In this document: piece by piece, positions 1 to 13,444 of the stretch
How positions within the stretch are numbered: the first letter of the stretch is position 1
Layout of the letters: every line of letters begins with the position of its first letter
NCBI GenBank assembly: GCA_905250055.1
Contig: CAJNOF010000004.1
Span: 951,250-1,015,249 of the forward strand
DNA length: 64,000 nucleotides
Reading direction: 5' to 3'
DNA from: Rotaria sp.
Taxonomy: Eukaryota
Program-made: the position numbers and the translations under genes
The notes under the pieces: generated by a model
Seen by the model: the letters and a program-made list of their open reading frames with translations, nothing else
The model's database searches: none
Told to the model about the DNA's origin: nothing

Positions 1-3000
1 GTATAGTAGAAAGATGCACTATGAAACTCTGAATCTAGTGAACAGAATAGAATTTTCATGTTGACTAGGTGTCCTAAATAAAAAGAGCGAGTGTTCCTAT
101 AGGTTGTAAAAGATATTACATAGAAAAATGTTTCTTTTTTTTTACAACAAAGGTCATTATCGATATTTTTATTATTTATAGACCAAATAAATAATTCTGA
201 ATCATATATTACTTGAAAGCGAATTAAAAAAAAAATACAAAGCCGTATATAAAGTTACGTGACAATATTATAGTACAATATACTTTGATATAGAAAAACA
301 ATACTTTTACTAATCTTATTGTGATTAATTATACAAGGTAGAAGGTGTTTACACAAGAACTAAGTATTATATTATTCGCAGACTTTCATCTGTATTTTCT
401 TTTTATACTCAAAACTAAAGATCAACAGATGATTCTGTGCGATCCAATTTCAGAACAAATAAGAAGAATGAGACCTAGAAATTTGGTAATAATGATAAAA
501 GGATGGAACGCATAAGAGGTTAAATTGACTCACTAGTACTTTTCTTGGGCAATCCAATAGAATCATATATCAACAAAAAAAAGGATGTTCAGATTAACAT
601 TTTAGTACTAGTTTCATGAGACTTCGATCGAATTTCGAAACCTAAAAGCTATGGACAAAGTAATGCATTTTAGAGCATCATTCTAATAATCCGTCGTGTC
701 ATAGTCGACTCAATTTGAGAATAAGCAGATATAACAAAATGCTACTGAAATTATTAATTTGGTAGCTATTTAATGAAGCTTTAATTCCATATATGAAGCA
801 CTAATTGATTGTTTAAATTAACGAGATATAGGCCTGATCTACTGGTAGACACTGTTAGCATATTTACTATATACATCATTCACACTTATCTTTCAACAAA
901 ACATTTTAGTTTAAAATTTGAAATGATCACAACTGTGATATTGCTCGTTTAATAGTTCTTTTAATAAGCTATAAACTGATATACTTTTCAAAGTAAAAAA
1001 AAAAAAATTTCAGCCTACTTAGTAAATCCCTGAGTACACTATTGTCCATATGCAGTATTGTGTTGATGTAACCAATATTTAGAATACTCCGATTAGATAA
1101 AGTTCAATTGTAGTCAAAACGAATATGATATACAAAAATCAGTAGAAAATTCTGATCGATCAGACAACAAATGTACTGAATAGAAATCATTCTTTCATTT
1201 TCTAGACATATTCCATGTTGCAATTTAATAATCTTTAATAAATTTTCACATTTATTTGTAATATGGAAAAGTGTTTTCATGCAATGTAGTTTCCGTCTGA
1301 TTCCTAGGAAAGACCAACGGCAAAATTTTTAATAGAAGAAAAAAGCTTCCGGAAATTCTTTCAATCGCACCTAAGTCAACTCAGAATTTTACATTAATTC
1401 CGAATATCATATTAGTTTTGACTCAGATTGAACTTTTTCTTATCCAAATTTTCTAAATATTGGTTTAATAGACACAAAGCTGCACCTAGAAAATAATGTG
1501 CTTAGAGATTTATTAAGAATAATATATTATATTAGTTCTGGACCATAATCAATCGTTTTGAATGATAATAATAATATTCTATACTTATTTCATTGATATA
1601 AGTATTATTTTATTCTATAGTATTTGACGTCAAAACTCAGATCATGTTAGGCGGCATCCATATAACATTGTTAGAAAACAACCAGGCTAAACATAAGACA
1701 TTGTCTACTTGTTCAACGGATGCTCATTATTCGTTCTTAAACTCATAATAAGAAGACATAAAGAAAAACATGACGTTATTAATAGTTCATTAAAGATCTC
1801 TGAAAGTTTTAGGAGACAGCGCATAGAAAAACAGAAGGAATTGAAACTAAATGCATTCAATATTTTTCTTGATTTTCTATTTTACAGTAACAATAACTGA
1901 TGAAGATTGATTGGTCTTATCAATGTACTATATTGATGAAAGAACTTTTTAAACGGATATCTTCGCATTTCATTTCATCGCTTCCTGAGGATTCAAGTTT
2001 GTGATATGAATATGAAATCTGAACTTATTGACATTATTTTTATGATCATCTCATTTTGATATCGAAATATGATGATCAAACAAAAAAAATTTGTATATAA
2101 TATATATAATTATGTTCATTACAAAAAAAAAATATATCATTCGAGATATTCTATTCTAAATGTCTCTCGAGAAATTAACATGATGTAAACAAACTTTTTA
2201 TTGATATTAACAAAACTAAATTATCCACCGTGAAATATTTATAAAAGATGAATTTGCAAAGAATTTCTTTGTTTGACTCAAAGCATTTCTTATTCAAGTA
2301 TAGTAAAAATATAGTCTTATCAACAAAGAATAAATAAACTTGTACCTATTTTTCTGAAGCTAAACAACAAAGGAACAAATTCCTCGAGAAAAAATCTTTT
2401 TTTTTTATGAATATGAAACTATAAATGTTTTGAGCACAGAGACGGTAATGAGTTCGAATCAATCAAGAAAGAGTATATCTTGTTAGGAGAGTAAAAATTA
2501 ATTAAAAACGCTATATGACACTTGTCTCACCTACGTATCTGATACTTTATGACAGTTCTATTATATTTTTGTAGGCAAAAAGTATCTTCTTTCTAGTAAC
2601 ATTGACTCTGACATGCTCACCTTTATATATTCTTAAGGTAAACATTAGTTGTTCAATTTAATTAAATTTCCAAGTCCTAATAAGACATTTTGTCCTAATT
2701 GAACCTGACTCATTTATGCCTTCGAGCTTAGAAGAAAGTCTTCATCGAAATGATTTCATCACTGTGAGTCTATCTTTCAGTCACATAAAAGTATAAACAT
2801 ACATCTTTGTCTTATTATTAATATTGGATTATTTTTACATATGAAATGAATATATCGTTGTGTTCGAGGAGGACTGTTGATGTCTATGGTATCAAATGAA
2901 AAGTTGGTTATGAAATTCTTTGATAACTAATGATATTTAAATGAAATTACACAAGTCATTGTGATTTATCATTTTTATGGCATCGTTTATATACGTATTT

Positions 3001-6000
3001 GACGAGTTTTTATCTGTTGTTTACTTTTTGGTTCTTTATTAAAGAAGACATTCATTTTCTACTATAGGATCTATTCTTTTCAGATTTTCATATTTATCAT
3101 CAGTTAGTTTATCATATGGTTTTATTGTACATGCATTTGTTTATATCTGTTCGTGCACTTAAAAGTGTCAAGAAATATTAAAAATGATGATGAAAATTGA
3201 CATAAAGTAAGATAATGCTAATCTAAAGATTCTTATTTAACGACTCGGAACATCATCCTTCAACAAAGTTCAACTCTTGACCTTCAAAACACAGACATCT
3301 TGTTTTTTTTTTTGGGATCATATCTGCTCTTTATCAACAATTTAAAACATATTATAGGAATGAATCTTTCGAAAAGCAATAGTTTATTTTCAATTGAAAT
3401 ACAAATATTGACTATTCGTGTCTGTTTTCATCGGAAAAATTAATTAAGAAAAATCTTCTATGTTGACTCTTCCTCTATCGAATAACCTTATTAAAAAAAA
3501 AAAAACTTACTAAGAATCAAATCATTCTAATTAAGTCACGACTCGTAGCAAAAGAGTCAATCAAAAAAAAAAAAGATGTTTTCCATGTAGTTTGTTAAGA
3601 CGTTGTGATGCATGTTAGATCTCATTAAATATATTTTTTATGCTTGAAATAATATATGAACGCAAAGAACCTTTTCGAACAGGTTACATCATATATTGAT
3701 GAAAAATATGACTTTATAATCTATCATTAAACGTCAAAAGTCACAAAATAATATTTTTAACATAGAACTGAATAGTTTGTTTTATTTTTATATCAAAGGA
3801 ATTCGAGTTTATTAATTGTAAGTAACACGTTATGTTTTGTAATTAATAGAACTCAGTTAGTTTAAAAGAAAAAAAGAAACTTTGAACATCGTTCATATTA
3901 ATTATCTATGAATATAATAATTATAAATATATATATAGACAAAGAAACACATCGTTCTACATATTGCAGAATATCAAACGGACAAAAAAAGGATCTATGA
4001 GATCCTTGTTAAAAGTCTCTATTCAAAAGAATATATTAATATAAAATCATGAGTATCTAGGCTTCAAAAGTTTTTTTACTATTAATAACTAATTTGATTT
4101 GTACAAAAGAATTTTTTTTACAGTTTTTTTTTACTCTATTTTAATTATAGCATGATATAATCATTATCGTCCCTCTTAATAAATAGATCTCATAATTGAT
4201 TAAAGTTTCATACACGACGATTATCTTATTTTAGTAGAATTTGTTTATATTAAAAACATAGAAAAAGAACTTTGATTTATAGACTGTTGCCTCAAAATAT
4301 CAATAGGTAATTGAGTTGATTTACTTTAATAGTATCAAGTGACGTCGAACCAAAATTTCATTTATAGTAATCCGATAAAATTTTATATTTCATTATAGAT
4401 ATTGATCCTTGTTTTTTTTTTTCTTTTAGTATTCATAATTAAAAACAGCTCTGGGCAGAGATAATGTGTTCATAATTATTTATGACTTAATAACCTTATG
4501 ATTCTTTGTCTTACAATAGAAAATACCCTTCAATAATCTACTCAATGTATTTGATGTAATAATAGAAGTTATTTCTATTGATTGTTTATATATATGTATA
4601 TATGATGAATTAAAATCTAGTAATTGTTGAATTCTCCATATACCTTTTGATTTCATTTATCATATTGAATAATTAACATTAATTCTCAATAGACCTTTGT
4701 TTATTCTTGTCAAATTTAGCAGAAACCTAAATACTATGTATATATAATTGTCAAATATTCGAATATTGAATGTAACGATATGCAGGTGATTTGAGAATGA
4801 AGAGAAAAATAACAAAACATTTAAGTGAATAATTTTATAATGTTGTCATCGGAAAAAACAATTAGTAATAATTCTCTTTTTCTTTTTTTTTTTTTTATTA
4901 TTATTTAAAATTACTGATATATAAAATTAAAAAAATGACACGGCAATCATTCATTTTTTTTCTTTATTAATTAATAATAACAATAAAGGCAAAAGTTTAT
5001 GGGCATTTGCATATCAATAAAAGTGTTCCGTGTCAGTTAATAATTTAAGTGAATCACATTTTTTTTTTTCTCTTTATAGATAGAAATATTGTTTATGACG
5101 TTCTTCCTTTTTCTTTTTTTAATGTGATACAAACCATGAACAATTAATAAAAATACAACGTACTCGATACTATTCGTTATGTCATGTAAGTCAATAGTTT
5201 TTTTTGACGTATAAACATCATATTTATGATTCGATATAATAAGAAAAATGAAGTATGTAAATTTGACATGTGAATATGCATTGTAAGCATGAAATTTGAA
5301 GAAAAATTTTAATGTCAAAATGTATCTTATTAAGATATACCTTTTAAGATTGCATAATATATTCTAGTTTTTATCTAAATTAAAATATTTATTTAAAGTA
5401 TCATGAATATATTTATTATTATCATTTAGTTTTTGAGATGTTACTCTTGAAGATATTATTGTCTAGTACTTAAAACAATCTGAAAATAAATATAAAAAAT
5501 TTATTTTCGTTTAATTATGTAGTAGGAAGCTAGGTCTTTCGACAATTCCATTGTACTTAAACATGTAGTCAAAAAAAAAGATACTTCATCATGATTAAAA
5601 AGAAATCATGAGAAAAAAAAACAGCAGTATTCATTAGATATTCTTTAAACTAGAATGTCGCCGGTAAGTATTAGTTAATCAAATAGATATAAAGATAAAA
5701 GTCGGTATTCATTGTCAATAAGAAGCTTGTTTTTTTTTGTTATAAATATTCAGGATATAATTAATTCATACAGTACTTACAAATGCTTTCTGTTTAAAAA
5801 TTACATGAAAACATAATGACAGATTTGTCTCTTAGTTTTGTTTAACATTATGATGATTTATACCATGATTGTCAAATGAATATTTTAATTTTCATTGTTA
5901 ATTATATTAAGTGTTGCAAAAGAAAACTTCTATTTATATATATTTTTTTCTGCATGACATCTAAATTTGATCGGAAAGTATGAAATAACACATTTCTACA

Positions 6001-8580
6001 CTCAGAAGATGAATATAACGTTGCAACGTATTCTCTTTTTTTTCTATCAGAATAATCTTATAAATATACGTGGTGATTAACATTTTACTTTTCATATCTT
6101 TTAAATATGTTTAATCTCGATGTTTCTTTCATTTGACATGTGTCAATTAATAAAGTATCTAAACTTACTTTTGTTTCTTATAATTTTTTGAAGTTATTGA
6201 ATATATTTTAAGACATCTTATATTGTATAATGCTTTTATTATATTCAAATTTAAACGTTTTTCATTTAATTTAACAATAATATGATGATACTTGGTCATA
6301 CATTTAATAGAAACTCATTTTCTCATATTTACATCAATAGACACTAGCTACATCAAGAATGCCTATAAAGCATGCTATAAATATCATATAGAAAAAAAAT
6401 GTTAAGAACGTATAAAGAAATAAATGTATAGAAATCTGACATTGTTAAAGACTTAGTCACGAAACATTTTCCTGTTTATTTGCCAAGTAGTCAGAAGTAT
6501 CCATATAGGAATAATACATAAAACTACGTCGTATTATTTTCTTTAGTAATATATATAGTTTCTATTGTGAGTCAACCACTGTTTCATTGAAAAAGTCATG
6601 TTGACAAAGGTGAACTTGCTTTCTATTTTTTTTTACAGAAATTGTCATATTTTAATTATATTATTTTCTTGAACGTTACGAAGACATTTTATTCTTATTC
6701 AGGATCAAAATATGAATAGAAAACATTATTTGATTAGGTTTTGAGTTGATAAGGTAAAACAAAATTGTGCCCAAATATAGATATCTCCAATATGTCTCAG
6801 AGCACGCACTTGTATATAGTCTTGTAAATCTATCTAATTGTTTGTTGCAAGAGCTAAAAGCAAGTGTTTACCTCATGAGAATCATCGGATCATGAGCTAG
6901 AAATGTATTCATGCAATTTTTCTTTTAATTTAGTTTTACTGTTTAGAAAATTGAATTTTTCTCTTATTCAGTAGCAAAATTAGATTTACAAAAAAAGTGT
7001 AAAATGTGTCCACATAGTTTAGTAGTTTTTTTTTATTATTGTAGCTCAATTGTAAATTAACATAGATCTTATATTCAAAATTAGTATCAAAAACTGTACG
7101 TAATAACCTATGTGTTAGTAAAAATTGTTTGTAATAATAAATACACTTGGGGGTCCTCCTCAGATTTATTTTCTGAAAATTTTGCCTCTATTTTCTCAAA
7201 GAGTCAGGTTTTTTGTTATAAAAAAACTTAAAACACATATGATTCAATGTAGTTTTTCATGCTTATTCTAAATATATTATCTATTTTAATCTACAATTGA
7301 GCTATAGCAATAAAAAAAAAACGCTACATACGAAAGAATTATTGAATTGTTTTTGTCAATCTAATTTTGTCACTGAATAAGGAAAAATTTGATTTCCTCA
7401 ACAATCAAACAAAATTAGAAAGAGACTACATGGATACGTTTCTAGTTCACGACCTGACCGTTCTAATTAGGTAAAGCACTAGTTTCTAGCTCTTGTCACA
7501 AAAAAATGATATAAATTTGTGAAACTATTTAAAAGTACGTGTCACAAGACATTTTAGATATATCCATATTTGGACAGGATTTTGTTTAACTTTATCAACA
7601 TAAAATCTAGTCAAATAGCGTTTTTCTGTTCCGTCTTTGATGCTAAGTTAGAAAATAGTTTTTTTATTAAATTCCTGTAGAAAAAAAGGCGCATATTTGT
7701 TAATGCTACATTTTTAGTCATTCAAGTTTTTTAGTTTTCTTCCCAGCGAAGTAGTGGTTGAATCAAAATAAAAATTATATATTCGTAATTAACTCGTGAA
7801 GTTGTATCAAAACATTTATAAATAAACGAGAAAAATACATGTACTAGGTTTTTGCACCGTGCGTACCTCAAATAGTTCACCAATTATCGTAGTACATTTT
7901 GATCTTAAAAATTTCTTGAATAAGAGTGTATCATATTAATCACTAGAAACTGAATAATAAGAATCAACATAAATATATTAGTTTATGATAAAGTGTATGC
8001 CTCTAGCACGAGTTTCTGTAACCTTCCAGAATCATTAATATCTAGTTTCCTCCATAGATCCGTCTTGAAAAAAAAATATGTTGTCTAATTAAACCATAAG
8101 AACACTCATGCTGTGCCAGATAGAACAGAAAAGAGAGAAAATATCATAATAAAATATTTTTCTTTGAAATAGGTTAGTATGATAAGTAAAAGGTAACAAG
8201 TCAGCTAGACATACATTTGAAATTTTCTCAAAAAAGAAAATTTTCTAATATTGTATAGAGTCATTTTAAACTTTCTACTTTTTACTTACTTTAGACAAAT
8301 CAATAAAAAGTATTTTATTGATTAGCATATCTATATAAGAATAGAGATATATAAAACAATAAATCTTTTCTATTAAAAAAACAAAAACTTGTAGGAGAAT
8401 AGATGGTTAACATTAACCAACATTATATACAAAGCAGCTATTAGTAAAACGAAGATTTATTTTCTTCGATAGTTCTGCGTAATTAGTCTTTTCTTTTTTT
8501 AAGTGCTATTTTTATGTGATTTCAAAAGTAGAATTATCAATAATTATCATCATAATCTATACGATAAATATATTTTTTCC

Positions 8581-8587
8581 ATTAGTC

Positions 8588-8618
<31 letters not shown>
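8581..8618. repeat. Poly(T) homopolymer tract, 38 nt
   Basis: An uninterrupted run of 38 T. Many other A or T runs of 10-13 nt occur across the window. Confidence 0.9.
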
Positions 8619-8624
<6 letters not shown>

Positions 8625-9046
8625 AAAGATTTTTTTAGAAAACATTAGTTTAAACTTTGACTGTAAATATTTTTTTGACATTGACAAAACTGATAAGTAG
8701 AACATATATAATTTAGTTTGGTTATTCATTATTTAATGAAAAGTATTCATAAAAAAAAAATTACCTAGAAATCCTGCAGGATATTTCATCACGTAAACTT
8801 CTAATTAATAAACGTTTCTAGGCTAATTTTATAAAGCATTTTAATGAGATATATTTTTCTCTATCATTCTATAGAAAACTTTCAACAAGAAAACAAAGAC
8901 AATATGAAGTATGTTACAAAGAAAAAAAAAATGAATGTGTCATCATAAGTTTATTCTTTTCTAAATGACGTTCTTTATTATTATTTTTTTTATAATATTT
9001 TTATTGATTATAGATTTTATTTTTTTTTTTTTTTGTTTTCCGAATA

Positions 9047-10219
9047 ATGACTTCAATGGCTAATTCTTCAATGAATAATTTAACGAATCCATTATCTCAT
9101 TATTTTCTTGATAGTTTACATTTCTTTTTTAATCATATTTATTTATTATTACTTACTATAATTGGTTCAATTGGAAATGCATTTGTTATTATTATTTTTT
9201 GTCAAAGAGCATTTCGTACAAAAATTGGATCAATTGGTTCAAATATGTCTGTTTATCCATTTTTATTTTATATGGCTATATCAGATACAATGTATTTAAT
9301 CATATTATTTTGTTTATGGTTATCAAATTATATTAATGTTTTACATCGTCCAGTTATTTGTCAACTTACATTATATATAACATATGTCTGCAATTTTATC
9401 AATGCTTATTATACAATAGCATTTACTACTCAACGTTTATTTGCGGTTATAAATCCATTTCGAGTATCTCATGTTCTTTCTTGGTATCGTTCTCGATGTT
9501 TATCATTATCAATAATAATAATTGCTTGTTTAATATATTCATATTTACCATTTTTAATTGGTATTGTTGATGGTAAATGTTATTCTCGTCCAGAATTTCG
9601 TTGGGTAAATATATATATGGACATAATTGATTGTATTATTGTTTTTCTTATACCATATATTGTTATAATAACAATGAATATTATTATTCTTATATCATTA
9701 CATCGTATGAAACAAGATCGACATGAATTTCTATTTCGAAGTCATTCACATTTAAATAGACGACGTGAATTAACACGTCGTAATGCATCACGTAAAATAA
9801 CAAAATTATTATTAACTGTTTCGACATCATATTTAATTATAGGTGCACCTTATGCATCTATACATACATGGCGTTTATTAAATAATCGACAAGAAGACAA
9901 TAAAAATTCACAATTAATTAAACAATTAGAACATTATGCACTTTATATATATCATATATCATTTGCAATGAATTTTTATATTTATATGGTAATTGATGCA
10001 AAATTTCGTCATGAATTAAAACGTTTTTTTACAAAATCTAAACAAAATTTTAATCATTATTTTCGACAAAAGAAATTCTTTGAAAATAACAATCAATTAG
10101 AATTAGCAGACAAAAATTCTACAACAACAGTTGCATACACATTTAATGGAGATCTACAGAATATTAATCATAATCATAATCTTATGAGAAACTATTGTTG
10201 TTGTCATATTCATTTGTAG
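9047..10219 (+). CDS. Rhodopsin-like (class A) 7TM G-protein-coupled receptor, single exon, 390 aa
   Basis: One uninterrupted 1173-nt ORF with seven hydrophobic segments. Class-A hallmarks visible: GN in TM1, MAISD (conserved Asp) in TM2, TTQRLFAV at the TM3 end (DRY variant), NFYIYM in TM7 (NPxxY variant), basic-rich third loop (NRRRELTRRNASRK). AT-rich codon usage matches the other genes. Confidence 0.8.
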   Translation: MTSMANSSMNNLTNPLSHYFLDSLHFFFNHIYLLLLTIIGSIGNAFVIIIFCQRAFRTKIGSIGSNMSVYPFLFYMAISDTMYLIILFCLWLSNYINVLHRPVICQLTLYITYVCNFINAYYTIAFTTQRLFAVINPFRVSHVLSWYRSRCLSLSIIIIACLIYSYLPFLIGIVDGKCYSRPEFRWVNIYMDIIDCIIVFLIPYIVIITMNIIILISLHRMKQDRHEFLFRSHSHLNRRRELTRRNASRKITKLLLTVSTSYLIIGAPYASIHTWRLLNNRQEDNKNSQLIKQLEHYALYIYHISFAMNFYIYMVIDAKFRHELKRFFTKSKQNFNHYFRQKKFFENNNQLELADKNSTTTVAYTFNGDLQNINHNHNLMRNYCCCHIHL

Positions 10220-10466
10220 ATTATAAAACCACAAAAAAAAAAAGAAAGAATGTGTTAATAAAATATTTATAAGAATAGTTATCTTTTCTTTTCTTCTTCT
10301 TCTTTGTTAATTTTACATTTGCAATATATCTTTAAACGAAAAGAATTCTTATCATTATTCATTGTCTATGATCTACGTAAATGCGTATAAGTACTCTTCA
10401 GGTAGTTTGTTTTTCCATATTAAATTTTTTTACATTCATTTAGAATTTGTTACAAATTATCAAAAA

Positions 10467-12928
10467 ATGTCAGAAATAAATGAAATAGCAAAGGGTTTGC
10501 CGAAATCTGCTAGAATGAAATTTGAAGAATTTATATTATTTTATTTTTTAAGGAATAAAGTCAAAGAAATTTGAAGGCAATGGAGTTCAATTTAGATGCA
10601 AAATTATTGGTATGAAAATTACGTAAAAAGAAAATTTTGAAAATTGAATTAATTTTCATTTAAAATAAAGGAATGGAAGATTTACGATTTGATCTTGACG
10701 AAAAACTATGTCTCGAGTCAATATTTAGACTTAAAGCTATTGTACGTGCTCGTGGTGAACATAAACAAAGAATTCAATTAAATTTAACTGTGAATGGAGT
10801 TAAAGTTATCGATGAAGCTACTAAAGTATGAATAAAAAAATGTTATTTTATTTTTCTAAATTAAAGTATTATTTATTAGGTTCAAATTGCTGATCATGAA
10901 GTTACACGTATATCATATGTTATATTGGATCCAGGTGATATACGTGCATTTGGATATATTTACAATACAAGTGATGGTCGTCATCAATTTTGGGCTATTA
11001 AAACTGAACGATCAGCAGTAGTAACTGTTATTGCATTTAAAGATCTTTTTGAAACAGTTATGGAACAATTTAAAAATTCAGAAAAGGCTAAAGCAGAAAC
11101 GAATCAGCCAACATCTACATTTGTTTTACCAGAACCATCAACTGTTTCAATACAAGTAACGATAAATGAAATCTATTTTATTTATACAATTTTTTTTTCA
11201 GCAATCATCATTAACATCTAGTTCTGCCTCTACACCACAGCCACCAGTAATATCTGTAGAACCTGTTTCTAAATCAGCACAAGCTTCTACAGTACGCATA
11301 GTATTTTATTCTCAATCTTTTGAATAGAAATTAATTCTTAGACGCCATCGTTTGCTAATGTATGGGGAGATAGTCCTTCAGCGATGATTTCACAAACAGC
11401 ATCAGCGCCCAAAGTATGTGTAATAATTAGTTGACGATCTTTTTAATAAAAATTCCCTAGACTTTTTCGTTTGATGATACTTGGGGCAATAGTCCTTCAG
11501 CAACAGTTTTACAAACAACATCAACGTCCAAAGTATGTATATATTTTATTATGCACCTTTTTAATAGAAATTAACTCGTAGACGCCTTTGTTTCATGATG
11601 CGTGGGGAGATAGTCCTTCAACAACAATTTCCCCAACACCATCAATATCCAAAGTACGTATGGTATTTTATTCTCAATCTTTTTAATTGAAATTTACTTG
11701 TAGAATCCTTTGTTTGATAATATATGGGGAGATGCTCCACCAACAATGGCTTCACAAATAACACCAGCACCCAAAGTACATATGATATTTTGTTGTCTTT
11801 CGTTCTAATATAAGTTAACTAATAGACGGTTTTGTGTGATGATGTTTCGGGAAATAGTTCTTCAAAAACGGTTTCACAAACACCATCAGCGCCCAAAGTA
11901 TGCATAATATTTTATTATCGACCTTTTTCAATAAAAATTACCTAGTAGACGCCTGCGTTTGATAATGTGTGGGGAGATAGTCTTTCAACAACAATTCCTC
12001 GACCAACACAAACAGCTCAACAACCATCAACACCTAATATCAATCCGTGGAATATTAACGAGCCTGTAATGCCTATTATACAACAAGCTTCTCGTGTAGA
12101 AAATGTACGTTTTTAAAATTATTTTTCCTAGCCCATACAAAAACATTCGTTATCCAAGCAGACAAACATTTTCAAAAATGCGTTTAAACGCATAAAAAAG
12201 GGCTCAAAATCCATAAAAAGTGGATGTGTTTGGGTCACAATCGCGGTTCCCGACTGTCAGCGAAAAACGACCACTTTTTGCCCTTTTTGTGCGTTTTCAG
12301 CAAAAAAACGGTGATAAACGCGTGTAAATGCATAAGACGATCATAAAAAAGTTGTCATCTTTTTCATACTCATAAATCACAATCATAATTACAATCACAG
12401 TTCACGAAAAGGAAAAAGATAACTACTTTTTATGTTCTTTTTATGCGTTTATACGAGTTAACAAGCGTGTTTTTGCTGAAAACTCGTTTAAACGCATCAA
12501 AAGGGCAAAAAGTGGTCGTTTTTCGCTGACAGTCGGAAACCGCGATTGTGAGCCAAACACGTCCACTTTTTATGGATATTAAGCCCTTCTTTATGCGTTT
12601 AAACGCTTTTTTGAAAATGTTTGTCTGCTTGAGTAATGATGATTATCTTTATATTCAGCCTCTTGCTAATGTATTCAATATACATGCATCGCCATCAACA
12701 GCCACTAAAACAAATCAACAATCAGGTTCTATCGTAGATACTGGTGATCTATTTTTAACGTTTACGACGACTGCACCAATGCATACTGTTAATACTAATA
12801 TGTTTGTTCAACCAACTCAACAAACATCTTTTGTTTATCAACAGCAACCAAATTCTTCTGGTTTGATATCTCTTACACCTATTGCTCCGCCAACAGCAAC
12901 AAATTCATTTGATGATTTGTTTTCATAG
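10467..12928 (+). CDS. Disabled (Dab1/Dab2)-like PTB/PID-domain endocytic adaptor, multi-exon
   Basis: Resolved exons: ~10553-10609 (..GNGVQFRCKIIG, phase 1 donor gtatga), 10671-10825 (MEDLRFDLDEKLCLESIFRLKAIVRARGEHKQRIQLNLTVNGVKVIDEATK), 10880-11155 (VQIADHEVTRISYVILDPGDIRAFGY...HQFWAIKTERSAVVTVIAFKDLFETV), 11202-11291, six 72-nt mini-exons at 11342-11413, 11461-11532, 11582-11653, 11704-11775, 11826-11897 and 11949-12104, and a last exon 12659-12928. The PTB domain matches vertebrate Dab1 blocks GEGVRYKAKLIG, LCQDSMMKLKG..RSKGEHKQKIFL, HAVHEISYIAKD..RAFGY and [23 protein letters not shown]. The 5' end is unresolved: the candidate ATG at 10467 is in a different frame from the exon-1 frame, so there is either an upstream exon or a 1-nt indel. 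Confidence 0.75.
11342..12104 (+). repeat. Tandem array of six duplicated exon+intron units (~120 bp period) inside the Dab-like gene
   Basis: Each unit has acceptor (t)ag|AC, a 72-nt phase-0 exon, then donor gtatg/gtacg. Encoded peptides: TPSFANVWGDSPSAMISQTASAPK, TFSFDDTWGNSPSATVLQTTSTSK, TPLFHDAWGDSPSTTISPTPSISK, NPLFDNIWGDAPPTMASQITPAPK, TVLCDDVSGNSSSKTVSQTPSAPK and TPAFDNVWGDSLSTTIPRPTQ.... The introns are also mutually similar (...ttttaatagaaattaact.gtag). Confidence 0.8.
12157..12629. mobile_element. Non-autonomous MITE/foldback-type element with ~150-bp terminal inverted repeats, in the last Dab intron
   Basis: Left end agcagacaaacattttcaaaaatgcgtttaaacgcataaaaaagggctcaaaatccataaaaagtggatgtgtttgggtcacaatcgcggttcccgactgtcagcgaaaaacgaccactttttgccc is the near-perfect reverse complement of the right end (...gggcaaaaagtggtcgtttttcgctgacagtcggaaaccgcgattgtgagccaaacacgtccactttttatggat...aaaatgtttgtctgct). 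The central ~180 bp is unique and non-coding. The ORF-track ORF 12548..12928 begins inside this element, so the true last Dab exon starts after the acceptor at 12657/12658. Confidence 0.7.
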
Positions 12929-13444
12929 TCAACAATAGCTAAAACAATGCTTGTTTCCTCTACTGTTTCTAGCTAGACCAAATTAATCTATGAAATAGAA
13001 AGCAAATCAAAATATCGAAATATTTTCCAAGTATAATCTTAAGTTTTTATCATTTTAGCTTTGAACAAAGGCGAATATGAATGAATAAACATTTTTTGTT
13101 TTCTTTTGTCACTTTTTGTCTTTGTAAAAGCTATCCATCATAATTCAGTATCTTTTTTTTTTCTATTGAGTAATTAATATTCGTAATCTTGAATATTAAA
13201 ATTTTGATGATATATGGACAGATAAATATCTAAATAACTACCAATAAATGATTTTCAGTATATCTATAGTTTTCTTTTGTCATTAAAAATATGATTTATT
13301 TGTTTAGTTTGACAGTCTTTCTAAAAATCTATTTATTATATAATTCCCTACAAATTATCATTATTTCAAAAAGAGACATGAATGCAATTAACCATATAAA
13401 TGATATATACTAAACTTTTTACTTTTTCTTATAGGTTTATATCT

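Noticed and set aside
5037-5318. 93-aa ORF on the minus strand
   Set aside because: It is a low-complexity translation of an AT-rich sequence (K/I/N/F-rich), with no homology signal and no splice context.
8503-8700. 65-aa ORF
   Set aside because: It contains the 38-nt poly-T tract translated as poly-Phe, an artefact of the homopolymer.
1-9000. Possible genes in the first 9 kb and in 49100-53500
   Set aside because: No ORF over 100 aa, no exon-like conserved peptide in any frame, and no repeat structure. These appear to be AT-rich intergenic DNA, though un-translated ncRNAs cannot be excluded from sequence alone.
9358-9570. ORFs nested in other frames of the GPCR
   Set aside because: They are alternative-frame artefacts inside a well-supported 7TM ORF.
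10362-10574. ORF MSMIYVNAY...MSEINEIAKGLPKSARMKFEEF.. as the Dab first exon
   Set aside because: It is in a different frame from the conserved GNGVQFRCKIIG exon that follows at 10576-10609, and no clean splice reconciles them. I kept 10467 only as a tentative start.
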